DNA from: Allosphingosinicella sp.
GTDB taxonomy: Bacteria > Pseudomonadota > Alphaproteobacteria > Sphingomonadales > Sphingomonadaceae
Length of the DNA: 64,000 nt
Reading direction: 5' to 3'
NCBI GenBank assembly: GCA_036399975.1
Contig: DASWLZ010000037.1
Location: 37,900-101,899, forward strand
The notes below the pieces were generated by a model. That model saw only the letters and a program-made list of their open reading frames with translations, was not told where the DNA came from and made no database searches. The translations under genes and the position numbers were made by a program. Within the stretch, counting starts at the first letter, position 1, and the number at the start of each line of letters is the position of its first letter. Shown in pieces: positions 1 through 8,671 of the stretch.

Positions 1-68
1 GTGAAGGGATCGATAGTGATGTCGCCGGCTTCAACCGCCTGATTGATCGCGCTCCCGGTGAGTATCAC
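1..68 (-). CDS. dCTP deaminase-like protein (5' end only; runs off the window edge)
   Basis: Not in the ORF track. GTG at 68, preceded by AAAGGGAAA, translates as MILTGSAINQAVEAGDITIDPF, the typical N-terminus (MIL[ST]..I...GxI.I[DE]PF) of trimeric dCTP deaminases. Only 22 codons are visible. Confidence 0.65.
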   Translation of the reverse strand, partial: MILTGSAINQAVEAGDITIDPF

Positions 69-94
69 GACATTTCCCTTTATTTCAGAAACCG

Positions 95-1639
95 TCAGCG
101 GCCCCTGCTGTTTTGAAGGCTATCCGGTTCGGCGACAACAGCAAGGTCGAGCCGGCGATCGGGGCTCCAGCTCTCGACAAGCCCGGCATTCGCCCCGCAG
201 CGCGTGCAGTCCGCCAGGATCAGCTCGTCCCCGCGAGACAGACCGACCCGGCGCAAGACAGCCTCCACGACCTCATCCGACTTACCGAGCGACGACGTCG
301 CCAGGACCTCATGCCCATCGATCCTGGCCGTCTCGATCCGGGTGCCCGTCATCCGCGGCCTGGCGGGGCCGGCCAAGCGCTCGCAGCCGCAGTCGCAGCT
401 GCCCGCAACCAGTATCGAGCGTCCGCGATCGCCTTCCAGCCGAGGGAGAGCGGCAAGCCGCATCCAAGGGTCGGGATCGCCGAAATCCCCCTGCACGGCG
501 GTCACCTTGCACTTCGCGCGAGGCTCGAAGTCATAGTCGTACCGGTCAAACGACGGAGTGGCCTCGGCGGCCGGCGACATCGCTGCGGCCTTGCCGGAGC
601 ACAGGCTCGGCAACTCCCGCCTCAGCCGGTCGAGCTCGGCGAGCATGAGGGGAAGCTGGCCGAGCGAGAAGTCGCCCCGCATCAGGCCGAGGCAATAGAC
701 TTCGATGGCGAAGGCTTCGCCGACCGCCGGCAAGGCGGCGAGCTCCGCCCGGTCGAGCGGCACGAGGCTCCTGTAATGGCCGAGCGGTGCCGCCGCCGCC
801 TCGATCGGCGCGAAACGCGCCTCGCCGTCGAAGTTCGTGCTTTGCGCCTTGTAGCGAAGCAGGCCGAAGGCGAACATCGCCTCGACGACGTCGTGCAGGC
901 GCTGGCCGTAATCCGCATTGTCGAAGTCGCAGGCGAGCGCCTGCGCCCCGTCGGCGGAGAGGACGATGTTCCAGGGGCTGAAATCGCCGTGGATGCCGGT
1001 CTTGGGCAGGTCGATCCAGCCGGCGGCGATCGCCTCGCCGCGTGCCCGGGCCAGGAGAGGATCGAAGGCCGCCGCGAGCGTGCGTGCCGGGTCCGTCCCC
1101 GATTCCTCGAGCAGGTCCTGGGCAAGGGCTATGTGATCGGCGACGAGATCGAAATAATCCTCGTTCGTGGCAAGGTCGGGATTGCCCGGCTTCACCGCGT
1201 GAAGCGAGGCGAGGAGCCGTATCGCGGCCGCGAGTTGAATCTCCCCCTCGAACCATGCCGATCCGACGACCGCTCGAGTGATCGTGAAGCGGGCGCCGTC
1301 GGCGTCCGCCCAGGCGAGCCCGTCGGACGTGCGCATCGGCATCGGGACGAGCACACCCGCCGCGTGAAGCTGCTCCGTCCAATCCTGGCGGAACCGGTTC
1401 AGCGACGGCTCGTCGCAATACCAGGGGATCTGCTTGAGGAAATAGGCCCCCGACGGAGTGTCGATGAATATCTTGCGGGCCGTCTTAGTTCGCTCGCCGA
1501 GCGCGACCGGGGCGGGCTGCTCGAACAGGACGTGGTGAGTGGAGTAAATGGATCCCAGCCCATAGGCGCCGAGGATCGCTTCCACGTCGCTCGGGCGGAT
1601 GGGCTGGTGATAGCCTGAGGGGCGGCGCTTAACCGGCAT
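95..1639 (-). CDS. Phosphotransferase (APH / type II homoserine kinase-like fold) with a Cys-rich C-terminal extension
   Basis: YFLK lysine, Brenner motif IHGDFSPWN, DFD motif; about 160-aa extra C-terminal region with CDCGC and CTRC; overlaps the stop of the upstream gene. Confidence 0.75.
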   Translation of the reverse strand: MPVKRRPSGYHQPIRPSDVEAILGAYGLGSIYSTHHVLFEQPAPVALGERTKTARKIFIDTPSGAYFLKQIPWYCDEPSLNRFRQDWTEQLHAAGVLVPMPMRTSDGLAWADADGARFTITRAVVGSAWFEGEIQLAAAIRLLASLHAVKPGNPDLATNEDYFDLVADHIALAQDLLEESGTDPARTLAAAFDPLLARARGEAIAAGWIDLPKTGIHGDFSPWNIVLSADGAQALACDFDNADYGQRLHDVVEAMFAFGLLRYKAQSTNFDGEARFAPIEAAAAPLGHYRSLVPLDRAELAALPAVGEAFAIEVYCLGLMRGDFSLGQLPLMLAELDRLRRELPSLCSGKAAAMSPAAEATPSFDRYDYDFEPRAKCKVTAVQGDFGDPDPWMRLAALPRLEGDRGRSILVAGSCDCGCERLAGPARPRMTGTRIETARIDGHEVLATSSLGKSDEVVEAVLRRVGLSRGDELILADCTRCGANAGLVESWSPDRRLDLAVVAEPDSLQNSRGR

Positions 1640-2948
1640 GGCTGCGGCGCCTGCCCCGCGCCGCGATCGGCTCCAGCCGCCCGATGGCCTCGGCGACCGC
1701 TTCCGGGCCTAGGCCGAGGTACATCCGCGCCCAGCTGTCGCCCTGCTCCATCCCGAGGCCCGAGGCGCTCGGCAGGAGCGGCGAGAAATTGACTCCCCGC
1801 TCCGCCGCCGCCGCGAGAAAGCTCGCCGTCGGCCGATCCTCGCCTCGAAACGCGGCCGGCACCCGGAACACGAGGAAGGGGGTCGCATCCCCGGCGATGA
1901 TGTCGCCCGGGTCGAGACCGAGGCCCGGCAGCATCTCCGTCGCGATCTGGCGGGCGCGGCGGTGAAGGTCGCGGCGAGCGCTCACGTCGGCCGCCGCCGG
2001 CTCCGATCCGATCCAGCGGCTCAGGGCCCATTGCGCTCGCCCGCCGACGTTCAGGGCTCGCGCCGCGAGCTGGCGCTGGAGCCCGAGCACGCTCTCCTCG
2101 TCGCCGAGATAGGCGCCGATCGACCAGCCGTTGCAGCCGAATTGCTTGCCGAGCGAGCGGACGAGCAGGACCGGCGGGGAAGAGCCGGCGCCGCGCGCCT
2201 CCGGAAGCGCCCTCAGGGCGGACGACGGGGTCGTGCCGCTGTCCGTAAGCCCGTAATAGGCATCGTCGATCAGCAGCGCAGCGCCTGCGTCGGAGGCGAG
2301 CCGAACGATAGAGCTCAACTGCTCGGCGGGCCAGTTGACGGCCGTCGGGTTGTGCTGCGGGTTCAGGACCACGATCTGGCGATCCGAGCGCGGGACCGAG
2401 GCGATGGCCGCCTCGATCCGGGCGAGGTCCGGAGCAAAGCCGTCGTCGGCCGAAAGCGCGATGGGATTGTCGACGAACCCCAAGGGCGTGAAGACGCCCC
2501 GATAATCCCAGCTCGGCGTGAAGCTGGTCAGATGGATCCGCTCGCCTCGCCAAGGCTCGGCCGCCAGCCAGGACCCGAAGGCATGCATCAGCGAGCGGGT
2601 CCCGGTCGGGCTTGCGCCCAACAGCAGCGAGGCCGACCCCAGCGCAACGCCATAATCCTTTGAAAGCCAGTCTCTCAGGGCAAGCTGAAGATCGGGCAGG
2701 CCCGACGGCGCCAGCATGTAGCCGTCGCAATAAGCGGGCGCGGCCGCCAGCAGCTCGAGGAGCCCGGCCGGGGCGCCGCGCCAGCTTTCGCCGAGCGCGA
2801 GCGGTATCGGCGGCCCGTGGAGGCACCCCTGCTCGATATAGTGTCTGAGGGCGCTGTTGTCCGGGCAGGGATCGAAGCTGTCGAGGCTCGCAAGCAAGGC
2901 GGCAAGGCTGCCCGGGTCCAGCGGCGCCTGGCTAAAAGAGTTCGACAT
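1629..2948 (-). CDS. PLP-dependent aminotransferase class I/II family protein
   Basis: LNPQHNPTA, IDDAY, SLGK (PLP lysine), C-terminal WARM arginine; overlaps both neighbours. Confidence 0.8.
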   Translation of the reverse strand: MSNSFSQAPLDPGSLAALLASLDSFDPCPDNSALRHYIEQGCLHGPPIPLALGESWRGAPAGLLELLAAAPAYCDGYMLAPSGLPDLQLALRDWLSKDYGVALGSASLLLGASPTGTRSLMHAFGSWLAAEPWRGERIHLTSFTPSWDYRGVFTPLGFVDNPIALSADDGFAPDLARIEAAIASVPRSDRQIVVLNPQHNPTAVNWPAEQLSSIVRLASDAGAALLIDDAYYGLTDSGTTPSSALRALPEARGAGSSPPVLLVRSLGKQFGCNGWSIGAYLGDEESVLGLQRQLAARALNVGGRAQWALSRWIGSEPAAADVSARRDLHRRARQIATEMLPGLGLDPGDIIAGDATPFLVFRVPAAFRGEDRPTASFLAAAAERGVNFSPLLPSASGLGMEQGDSWARMYLGLGPEAVAEAIGRLEPIAARGRRRSHAG

Positions 2949-3753
2949 AGCGATTTGGATAGGTCGAGGCCCGGTATCTGAGGACGAGGACGGAATAGCC
3001 CTGATAGGGGCGGAGCGCGTTGGACGCCTGCCTCACCTCGAAAAGGCGCTCGAACATCTCCTCCTTCCAGTCGGGATCGTCGATGTGATGGAAGCGGGCG
3101 GCGCGATCGATGGTCGACTGGCAATAGCTTCGCACCTGGGCGTCGGACTCGATCGCCAGGTCCTTGCGCGATTCGTAGAGCACCTCGAACCGCATGTAGG
3201 GCGCCATCACCTCGTCATAGCCTTCGGTCGTCGGAAGCACCCCGAAGGCCCGCCGGCCGCGCTCCAGCGTCTCCCGAGGGACGTCGGAGCGAATGTAGAA
3301 GGGGGACGCCAGCAGATAGCCGCCGTCGACGAGGAGCTGCGGAAGGCGATCGATGACCGCCTCCGGGTCGGAGAAGAAGCGCAGCCCGGCGCCCACCGCG
3401 ACATGGGTGTAGGGGCCGGGCGGGACGAAGCTCACCGCGTCGCCGCATTCGTAGGTCAGTCTCGCGTCGGGAGCGTAGAGTGCGGCGTTATGACGGGCCG
3501 CCTCGACCGAAGGCGCGGAGACGTCGAGGCCGTGCGCCGTGCAGCCGGTGAGAACGGCAAGCTCGCGGGCCTGGAAGCCGGTGGTGCAGCCCAGCTGCAG
3601 CAGCCGGCTGCCCGGCCCCAGCCTCGCGAAGGTCGCCCACTCGTTGAGCGTGGAATAGGATCCAGGCAGGACGTTCCACTGATTTATATAACCGACGAAA
3701 TCAGTGTAGCTCATCTCACTCAGTGAGGGCTGGTATTTCAGTGCACCGGCCAT
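2932..3753 (-). CDS. Class I SAM-dependent methyltransferase
   Basis: Motif I LQLGCTTG, GLDVS, GDA, LVDGGYL; GGAG-type RBS upstream. Confidence 0.8.
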   Translation of the reverse strand: MAGALKYQPSLSEMSYTDFVGYINQWNVLPGSYSTLNEWATFARLGPGSRLLQLGCTTGFQARELAVLTGCTAHGLDVSAPSVEAARHNAALYAPDARLTYECGDAVSFVPPGPYTHVAVGAGLRFFSDPEAVIDRLPQLLVDGGYLLASPFYIRSDVPRETLERGRRAFGVLPTTEGYDEVMAPYMRFEVLYESRKDLAIESDAQVRSYCQSTIDRAARFHHIDDPDWKEEMFERLFEVRQASNALRPYQGYSVLVLRYRASTYPNRYVELF

Positions 3754-3835
3754 AGTCCCGCTCCGTAATTGCTGGTTTTAGATTTTTGCCCGAATAATAA
3801 CGAGACCGCCGGAAGAGGTTTGAGTACAACAGCTT

Positions 3836-6800
3836 CTAAGGCTGATCGAGGCCTTGACGCTGCATGAATCGCAATATGCCCGCGACCGTATCGTCGAGCG
3901 ACGGATCTGGAACACCGCACGCCTGTTTGCGTGCGTCCTGATACTTGCTCGAGTCGTAGCGCTTGAATTCCATGCTCGAGATATTGTCGACTGAGGTGAT
4001 CAGGAAGTCGAGCAGAGGGAACAGGAGGTCGCGGCGCGTGCAGCGCCGGATCACTTCAGGCACGAATTCGCGGAGCGCAAAATGCTCGAAGGGGCGCCCG
4101 GTCTGGTCCGTGATACGGTCGGTAATGTCGCGCATCGAGGCGAAATCGTCCCGAACAACGTGGAAGGTCTCACCCATCGTGTCCGCAAGATCCGAAATGG
4201 CGACCACGTTGGCGGCGACGACGTCGACCGGCGTGAAGCTGACCTGATTTTGAGCGCTCACGCCAACACCATGGTCGATCATGAACTTGAGTAGCCGAAT
4301 CGTGATGTCGAACGCATTGCCGCCGCCCTGAACCGAGGGCGTGATGAGCGCCGGCCGGAAGATGCGCGTCGGCAGGCCGGCTTTCGCCGCGTTGGCGACG
4401 ATCCTCTCCGAACTCCACTTGCTCTGGCTGTAGCCGAAGTCGAGCAGGGACATGTCGTCGTTGTTGTCGGTCTCGAGCAGGACCGGCTTGACCGCCCATC
4501 CGAAAACGAAAGTCGTCGAGATGTGGTTGAAAGTCTTCGTCCGCCTGGCCGCGGCCAGCTCCAGCAAGGCCTTGGTGCCTTCGACGTTGGCGTCGCGCAT
4601 GGTGAGATAGTCGAACAAATAGTTCACCACCGCGCCGTTGTGCAGGATCGTCGAGGTCTCGCTCTCGAGCCTGCCCCGGTCGTAGTCCGAAAGGCCCAGG
4701 CCCGGCGCCGCCAGGTCGCCGACGATGATGTTGGTCTTCGCGTCGATCAGCCTGCACCAGTCCTTGTCGATGCCCGACGATTCCAGGGCACGGCGGAGGC
4801 GTCCCCGAGCCACCTCTTCATCCGCGCCGCGGACCAGCGCCAGGACCTCCCGGCCCCGCTTCACCAGTTCGAGGAGGAGGAAGGGGCCGAGAAACCCGGT
4901 CGCCCCGGTCAGAAGAGTCGAGCCGTCCACCGCGGCGGGCGGCATCGGGGAAGGAAGCTCAGGAACGATGGCGGCATCGGCCGCCATGTAGCGGGCGTCC
5001 AGCTGCCGAGCCTCCGCCCGCTCGCGGGCGATCTCGTCGCGGAGGATCTCGATGCTTTCGATCGTCGCCGATTCCGAGGCGGCCGCGAGCTGGACGAGGC
5101 GCTTGACGGGAGTGCGCTGGATCATCCGGACGTCGATCGCCGAGATCAGGTCCTCGCCGCCATAAGCGGTCAGCATTTCCTGAAGCTCGTGCATCAGCCC
5201 GACCAGGTCGAGCGAGTCGATCCCGATCTCCGCGAAATTCTCCTCCTCCTCGCCGGTGAGCCCGTAGCGCTGGAGCAGCCACGAGAAAGGCGCTTCGCCC
5301 GGCTCGGTGAGGCGCTCCGGCCGAACCCACCGCTCACGCACGTCGAACAGGTCGTCGACCAGCATCGAGCAGGCCAGATGGCGCCTCAGCTTGCCCGATG
5401 TCGTTCGCGGAAGCGCGCGCGAAGGGACGAGGAGCACCTCGTCCAGCTCTATCCCGAGATCCACCCGGACCGCATTCGCCGCGTCTTCGAGACTCATCGT
5501 CTTCTTGCGCTTCTGCTCGACGAGCAGGACGATCCGGCCCGCGGCGCCGTTCTCGGGCACCTCGACGGCGGCGACGTCCGCCCCGCCCTTCCCGAGCGCG
5601 AAGCTGGCGGTCACCTCGATGTCGCTGGGATGGAAGTTCTGGCCGCGGACGATGATGACGTCCTTGATCCGGCCGCAGATGACCAGCTCGCCTTTATGGA
5701 GGAAGCCGAGGTCGCCGGTGGCAAGGTAATTCGAGGGGTCGCCCTCCAGGCGATTCCCGAACGTCTTCCGGGTGGCCTCTTCCTTCCGCCAATAGCCTTT
5801 GGCGACGGACAGCCCGCTGATCCAAACCTCCCCGACCGTGCCGTCGGGCACCAGGGTGCCGGTATGGGGATCGACTATCGCCACGTGCGTGTCGCCCAGG
5901 GGACGGCCGCAGCTCATCAGGCGGGTAGATGCCGCAATCCCCGAGACGCTGAGCGCTTCGCGGGCCAGCCCGCGGGCCAGATCCTTCCGCCCCAGGGGAA
6001 GCGCCTTGCTGCCGTAGCTCGTCACCCCGAGCGTCGCTTCCGCGAGGCCGTAAGCGACATAGAAGGCCTTGGTGTCGAGCCCGCGCGGCGCCATGGCCCG
6101 GAGGAACCGGGCGTAGGTATCCGGTCGGATCGTCTCTGCCGCCATCTGCAGGATCCGCATCGACGACAGGTCGTAGCTGACGAGATCGGCAATGTCGGTC
6201 CGGTCGAGCACGAGGTCGAAGGCGAAATTGGGCGCGGAGGCCGCGGTCGCCCTGACGCGGGTCATGAGCTCCAGCCACAATTGCGGCCGGGCGATGAAGG
6301 TCGCCGGCGAAAAGCCATGGATCTCGCCGCCCGCAAGCGCCGGAAACAGGCAATAGCCGATAAGCCCCAGATCGTGGTGTTGCGGCAGCCAGGTTACCGC
6401 AACCGGCTGATGGTCGACCATCTGGCTGCAATTGAGCAGGATGTTGGCGTGGGTCACCATGACGCCTTTCGGCTCATTGGTCGAACCCGAGGTGTATTGC
6501 AGGAGCGCGATGTCATCCCTGTCGATCGGCGCCGGTGCCACATCGGCGGCGCCTGCATCCGGCCAGGCCGTGGAATCGAACGTCGGGATCAGATCGCCGC
6601 CGGTGGCGCCGTTGCTGAGGAGCGCGACAGGCGTGCAATCCTCGATCACCTGGGCGACCCGATAATGCCCGGCCTTTTGCCCGAGCGCCGGCACGGGCAC
6701 CGGAATGGCGCGGAGGCGAAGCGCCGCGAAATAGGCTGCGATGGTCTCGGTGCAGGAAGGATAGGCAAGCACGATCCGATCGCCCTGACGCACGCCGGCG

Positions 6801-6961
6801 TCTTCGGTCATTCCGCGAGCAATGCCGAAGGTGCGCGCTTGAAAGGCAGCGCGAGTGTAGGATTCCGTCAGCCTGCCGCGACCGTCATAATAATGGAATA
6901 GCGGCTGCTCCGGCGACGATTCGACCAACGCGTCGAGGGTACTCACAACATTGAGCGTCAT
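3836..6961 (-). CDS. Fatty acyl-AMP ligase - acyl carrier - thioester reductase (FAAL-T-R) tridomain NRPS-like protein
   Basis: QYTSGSTNEPKG, WLPQHHDLGLIG, YGLAEATL and TGDLGF (FAAL); GIDSL phosphopantetheine serine; LTGATGFLG and GYSQSK (SDR thioester reductase). Start taken at ATG 6961; the ORF stays open to 7048. Confidence 0.88.
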   Translation of the reverse strand: MTLNVVSTLDALVESSPEQPLFHYYDGRGRLTESYTRAAFQARTFGIARGMTEDAGVRQGDRIVLAYPSCTETIAAYFAALRLRAIPVPVPALGQKAGHYRVAQVIEDCTPVALLSNGATGGDLIPTFDSTAWPDAGAADVAPAPIDRDDIALLQYTSGSTNEPKGVMVTHANILLNCSQMVDHQPVAVTWLPQHHDLGLIGYCLFPALAGGEIHGFSPATFIARPQLWLELMTRVRATAASAPNFAFDLVLDRTDIADLVSYDLSSMRILQMAAETIRPDTYARFLRAMAPRGLDTKAFYVAYGLAEATLGVTSYGSKALPLGRKDLARGLAREALSVSGIAASTRLMSCGRPLGDTHVAIVDPHTGTLVPDGTVGEVWISGLSVAKGYWRKEEATRKTFGNRLEGDPSNYLATGDLGFLHKGELVICGRIKDVIIVRGQNFHPSDIEVTASFALGKGGADVAAVEVPENGAAGRIVLLVEQKRKKTMSLEDAANAVRVDLGIELDEVLLVPSRALPRTTSGKLRRHLACSMLVDDLFDVRERWVRPERLTEPGEAPFSWLLQRYGLTGEEEENFAEIGIDSLDLVGLMHELQEMLTAYGGEDLISAIDVRMIQRTPVKRLVQLAAASESATIESIEILRDEIARERAEARQLDARYMAADAAIVPELPSPMPPAAVDGSTLLTGATGFLGPFLLLELVKRGREVLALVRGADEEVARGRLRRALESSGIDKDWCRLIDAKTNIIVGDLAAPGLGLSDYDRGRLESETSTILHNGAVVNYLFDYLTMRDANVEGTKALLELAAARRTKTFNHISTTFVFGWAVKPVLLETDNNDDMSLLDFGYSQSKWSSERIVANAAKAGLPTRIFRPALITPSVQGGGNAFDITIRLLKFMIDHGVGVSAQNQVSFTPVDVVAANVVAISDLADTMGETFHVVRDDFASMRDITDRITDQTGRPFEHFALREFVPEVIRRCTRRDLLFPLLDFLITSVDNISSMEFKRYDSSKYQDARKQACGVPDPSLDDTVAGILRFMQRQGLDQP

Positions 6962-7230
6962 GTGCAGCGCCGTCGATTCACGAACGGCTTCTCGTCCGTC
7001 AGCTCCGCCATAATGTTTACCCCTCCCAATCAGTGGGATAGCTCGCACCTCTTAGGGAGGCAACTAGAATTTGTATCGCGTCCGAATCGAGCAAGAACAA
7101 GCGCGAGTCGTTGATGACTGCTTTGCTCGTAAATTGCCGTTATTCGCTGTCGAGTTGGGGATCGGAATTTAGCGGTGGAAGCGAAATCGCCCGGACAACC
7201 TGTCGCATTCCGAATAGAGAGCGACCTGCT

Positions 7231-7842
7231 TTACAGGAACTCTCCTGCAAGCAACTCGGCCAAGTCGCTTTGCCTGTCCCATTTCACCGCATTCCAATGT
7301 TCAACCTTCGCCGCCCACACGTTTTCCTCGGTGTCGTCGATGAGCAAGTGCTCCCGGGGGGCGAACCCGGTTCGCCTGGCGGCAGCCCTGTAGAAACCGG
7401 GTTCCGGCTTGCGAATTCCGAGAGCCGCCGAATAGATCATGTCGTCAAAATGGCGTCCCAGCCCCACTTCGCCCCAAAGGTAGCGGCTCCTCTCATGATC
7501 CTGGTTGGTTACCAGCGCCGCTCGAAGTCCCCGCTGCCGTGCGCAGTCGACCGCATCCAGCACGTCGCGATCCACCGCCGCATCGTTGGCGTGCCAATAG
7601 GCAATGAGTTCTTCGACGGCGAGGCCGGGCGCTATCGTCGCCAACACCGGTGCCAGGCATTCCCGAAGATCGGCGCGGCCGGTCGTCACGTCTTGCCAGT
7701 GAACGGCGAAAAACTTCTTTTGCAAATCGTCGTAACGAACCCCGAGATCGGCAAGGAGGCTGGAATGCCAGAGGCCACCATCGCCCCTCCCGCGGATCAC
7801 GACGCCGTCAACGTCGACCATCAAAGCCTTGATCATAGTCAT
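7231..7842 (-). CDS. HAD-superfamily hydrolase (subfamily IA)
   Basis: Motif I DVDGV, TN motif II, KP and IDD motifs III/IV. Confidence 0.85.
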   Translation of the reverse strand: MTMIKALMVDVDGVVIRGRGDGGLWHSSLLADLGVRYDDLQKKFFAVHWQDVTTGRADLRECLAPVLATIAPGLAVEELIAYWHANDAAVDRDVLDAVDCARQRGLRAALVTNQDHERSRYLWGEVGLGRHFDDMIYSAALGIRKPEPGFYRAAARRTGFAPREHLLIDDTEENVWAAKVEHWNAVKWDRQSDLAELLAGEFL

Positions 7843-7940
7843 ACCTAAACTGCCCGGGTAAGAAGGTGATTCCGAGCTAGATAAAAGAACGAGGGACGGG
7901 CTGCACGGGCGGCCGCAACGACGGGCACGAAGGAGCTTAT

Positions 7941-8240
7941 ATGACGGGAATTGGCGGAGCCTGGCAGTGCAGCGTGGATTCGCCGGTCGGCGTCAGGAAC
8001 TTCACGGTGGACATAACGCCGTCGGGAGATCAGTTCCAGGCGCTGGTCAAGGGCAACTTCGGCGAATTGCTCGTCACCGACGGCAGGCTCAACGGGGATG
8101 AGATGATATGGACCATGGCCATAAAAACGCCATTGCCCTTGACCTTCAATTGCAAGGCCGTGGTCAGCGACGGCACTATGAGCGGAACCGTGTCGGCCGG
8201 AGTCTTCGGCAAATACCCGCTGAAGGGCACGCATCTCTGA
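7941..8240 (+). CDS. Small beta-strand-rich hypothetical protein
   Basis: AAGGAG RBS; 99 aa with alternating beta pattern (G.W....SP.G ... G.V.AG.FG..PL.G), which I recognise as a small sphingomonad-type protein. Confidence 0.7.
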   Translation: MTGIGGAWQCSVDSPVGVRNFTVDITPSGDQFQALVKGNFGELLVTDGRLNGDEMIWTMAIKTPLPLTFNCKAVVSDGTMSGTVSAGVFGKYPLKGTHL

Positions 8241-8517
8241 AATTGGGGCGGGTGCTGCCTGTAAGATTGCCGGTGACCGCCCGACTTTTATCTAAGCTCC
8301 GGAGTGATAATGGCTGAAGGGCGACGATTGAACACCCGTGCATCCTTGCTCGGCGACTGTGGGTATATCCAGTTCGACAGGGCCGGCAAAGGTCTGGTCA
8401 AGTCGTCGAGGCGACATCGGCACTGCTGAAGTTCGCTTGTTTGCGGCGTTCCATGTTCCGAACGCCGGATTAGGGGTCCGATCGTCGCCCGATTCCCTGG
8501 CGGTCGCCGCCGACGCC

Positions 8518-8546
8518 TTGTCCGATTGGGCCGGCACTGGTACGAT
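8518..8546 (+). promoter_or_regulatory. Putative sigma70 promoter of desaturase copy 1 (probably leaderless)
   Basis: TTGTCC-17 nt-TACGAT with ATG 5 nt downstream; conserved in the duplicate at 9882-9910. Confidence 0.55.
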
Positions 8547-8551
8547 ACGCC

Positions 8552-8671
8552 ATGCCGACGCAGCGAACAGATGCGCACGCCCCCGTGCTCGGCGAAGCGG
8601 GCGCTTGGACCGCGAGCGCGGTGCCTCTCGGATCCGCTCGGGGCCGTTCGGCCGCGGGAGCGGGCGAGTGA
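8552..8671 (+). CDS. 39-aa leader ORF homologous to the N-terminus of desaturase copy 2
   Basis: MPTQRTDAHAPVLGEAGAW... versus MSTQPSAHAQFPLVGEAEA; its TGA overlaps the GTG of desaturase 1 (GTGA). Confidence 0.45.
   Translation: MPTQRTDAHAPVLGEAGAWTASAVPLGSARGRSAAGAGE

Noticed and set aside
1-68. Known anti-phage dCTP deaminase
   Set aside because: The described defence enzymes are Zn-dependent CMP/dCMP-deaminase-fold proteins; this N-terminus is of the trimeric dUTPase-like type, and only 22 codons are visible
95-1639. Aminoglycoside resistance kinase
   Set aside because: Shares only the APH fold motifs; length and operon context point to biosynthesis
7111-7848. 245-aa plus-strand ORF
   Set aside because: Antisense to the HAD hydrolase, which has all catalytic motifs
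8338-8667. Long N-terminal extensions given by the ORF track (also for uxuB-like, LacI, the esterase and the serine hydrolase)
   Set aside because: Downstream starts with RBS or stop/start coupling and paralogue alignment fit better
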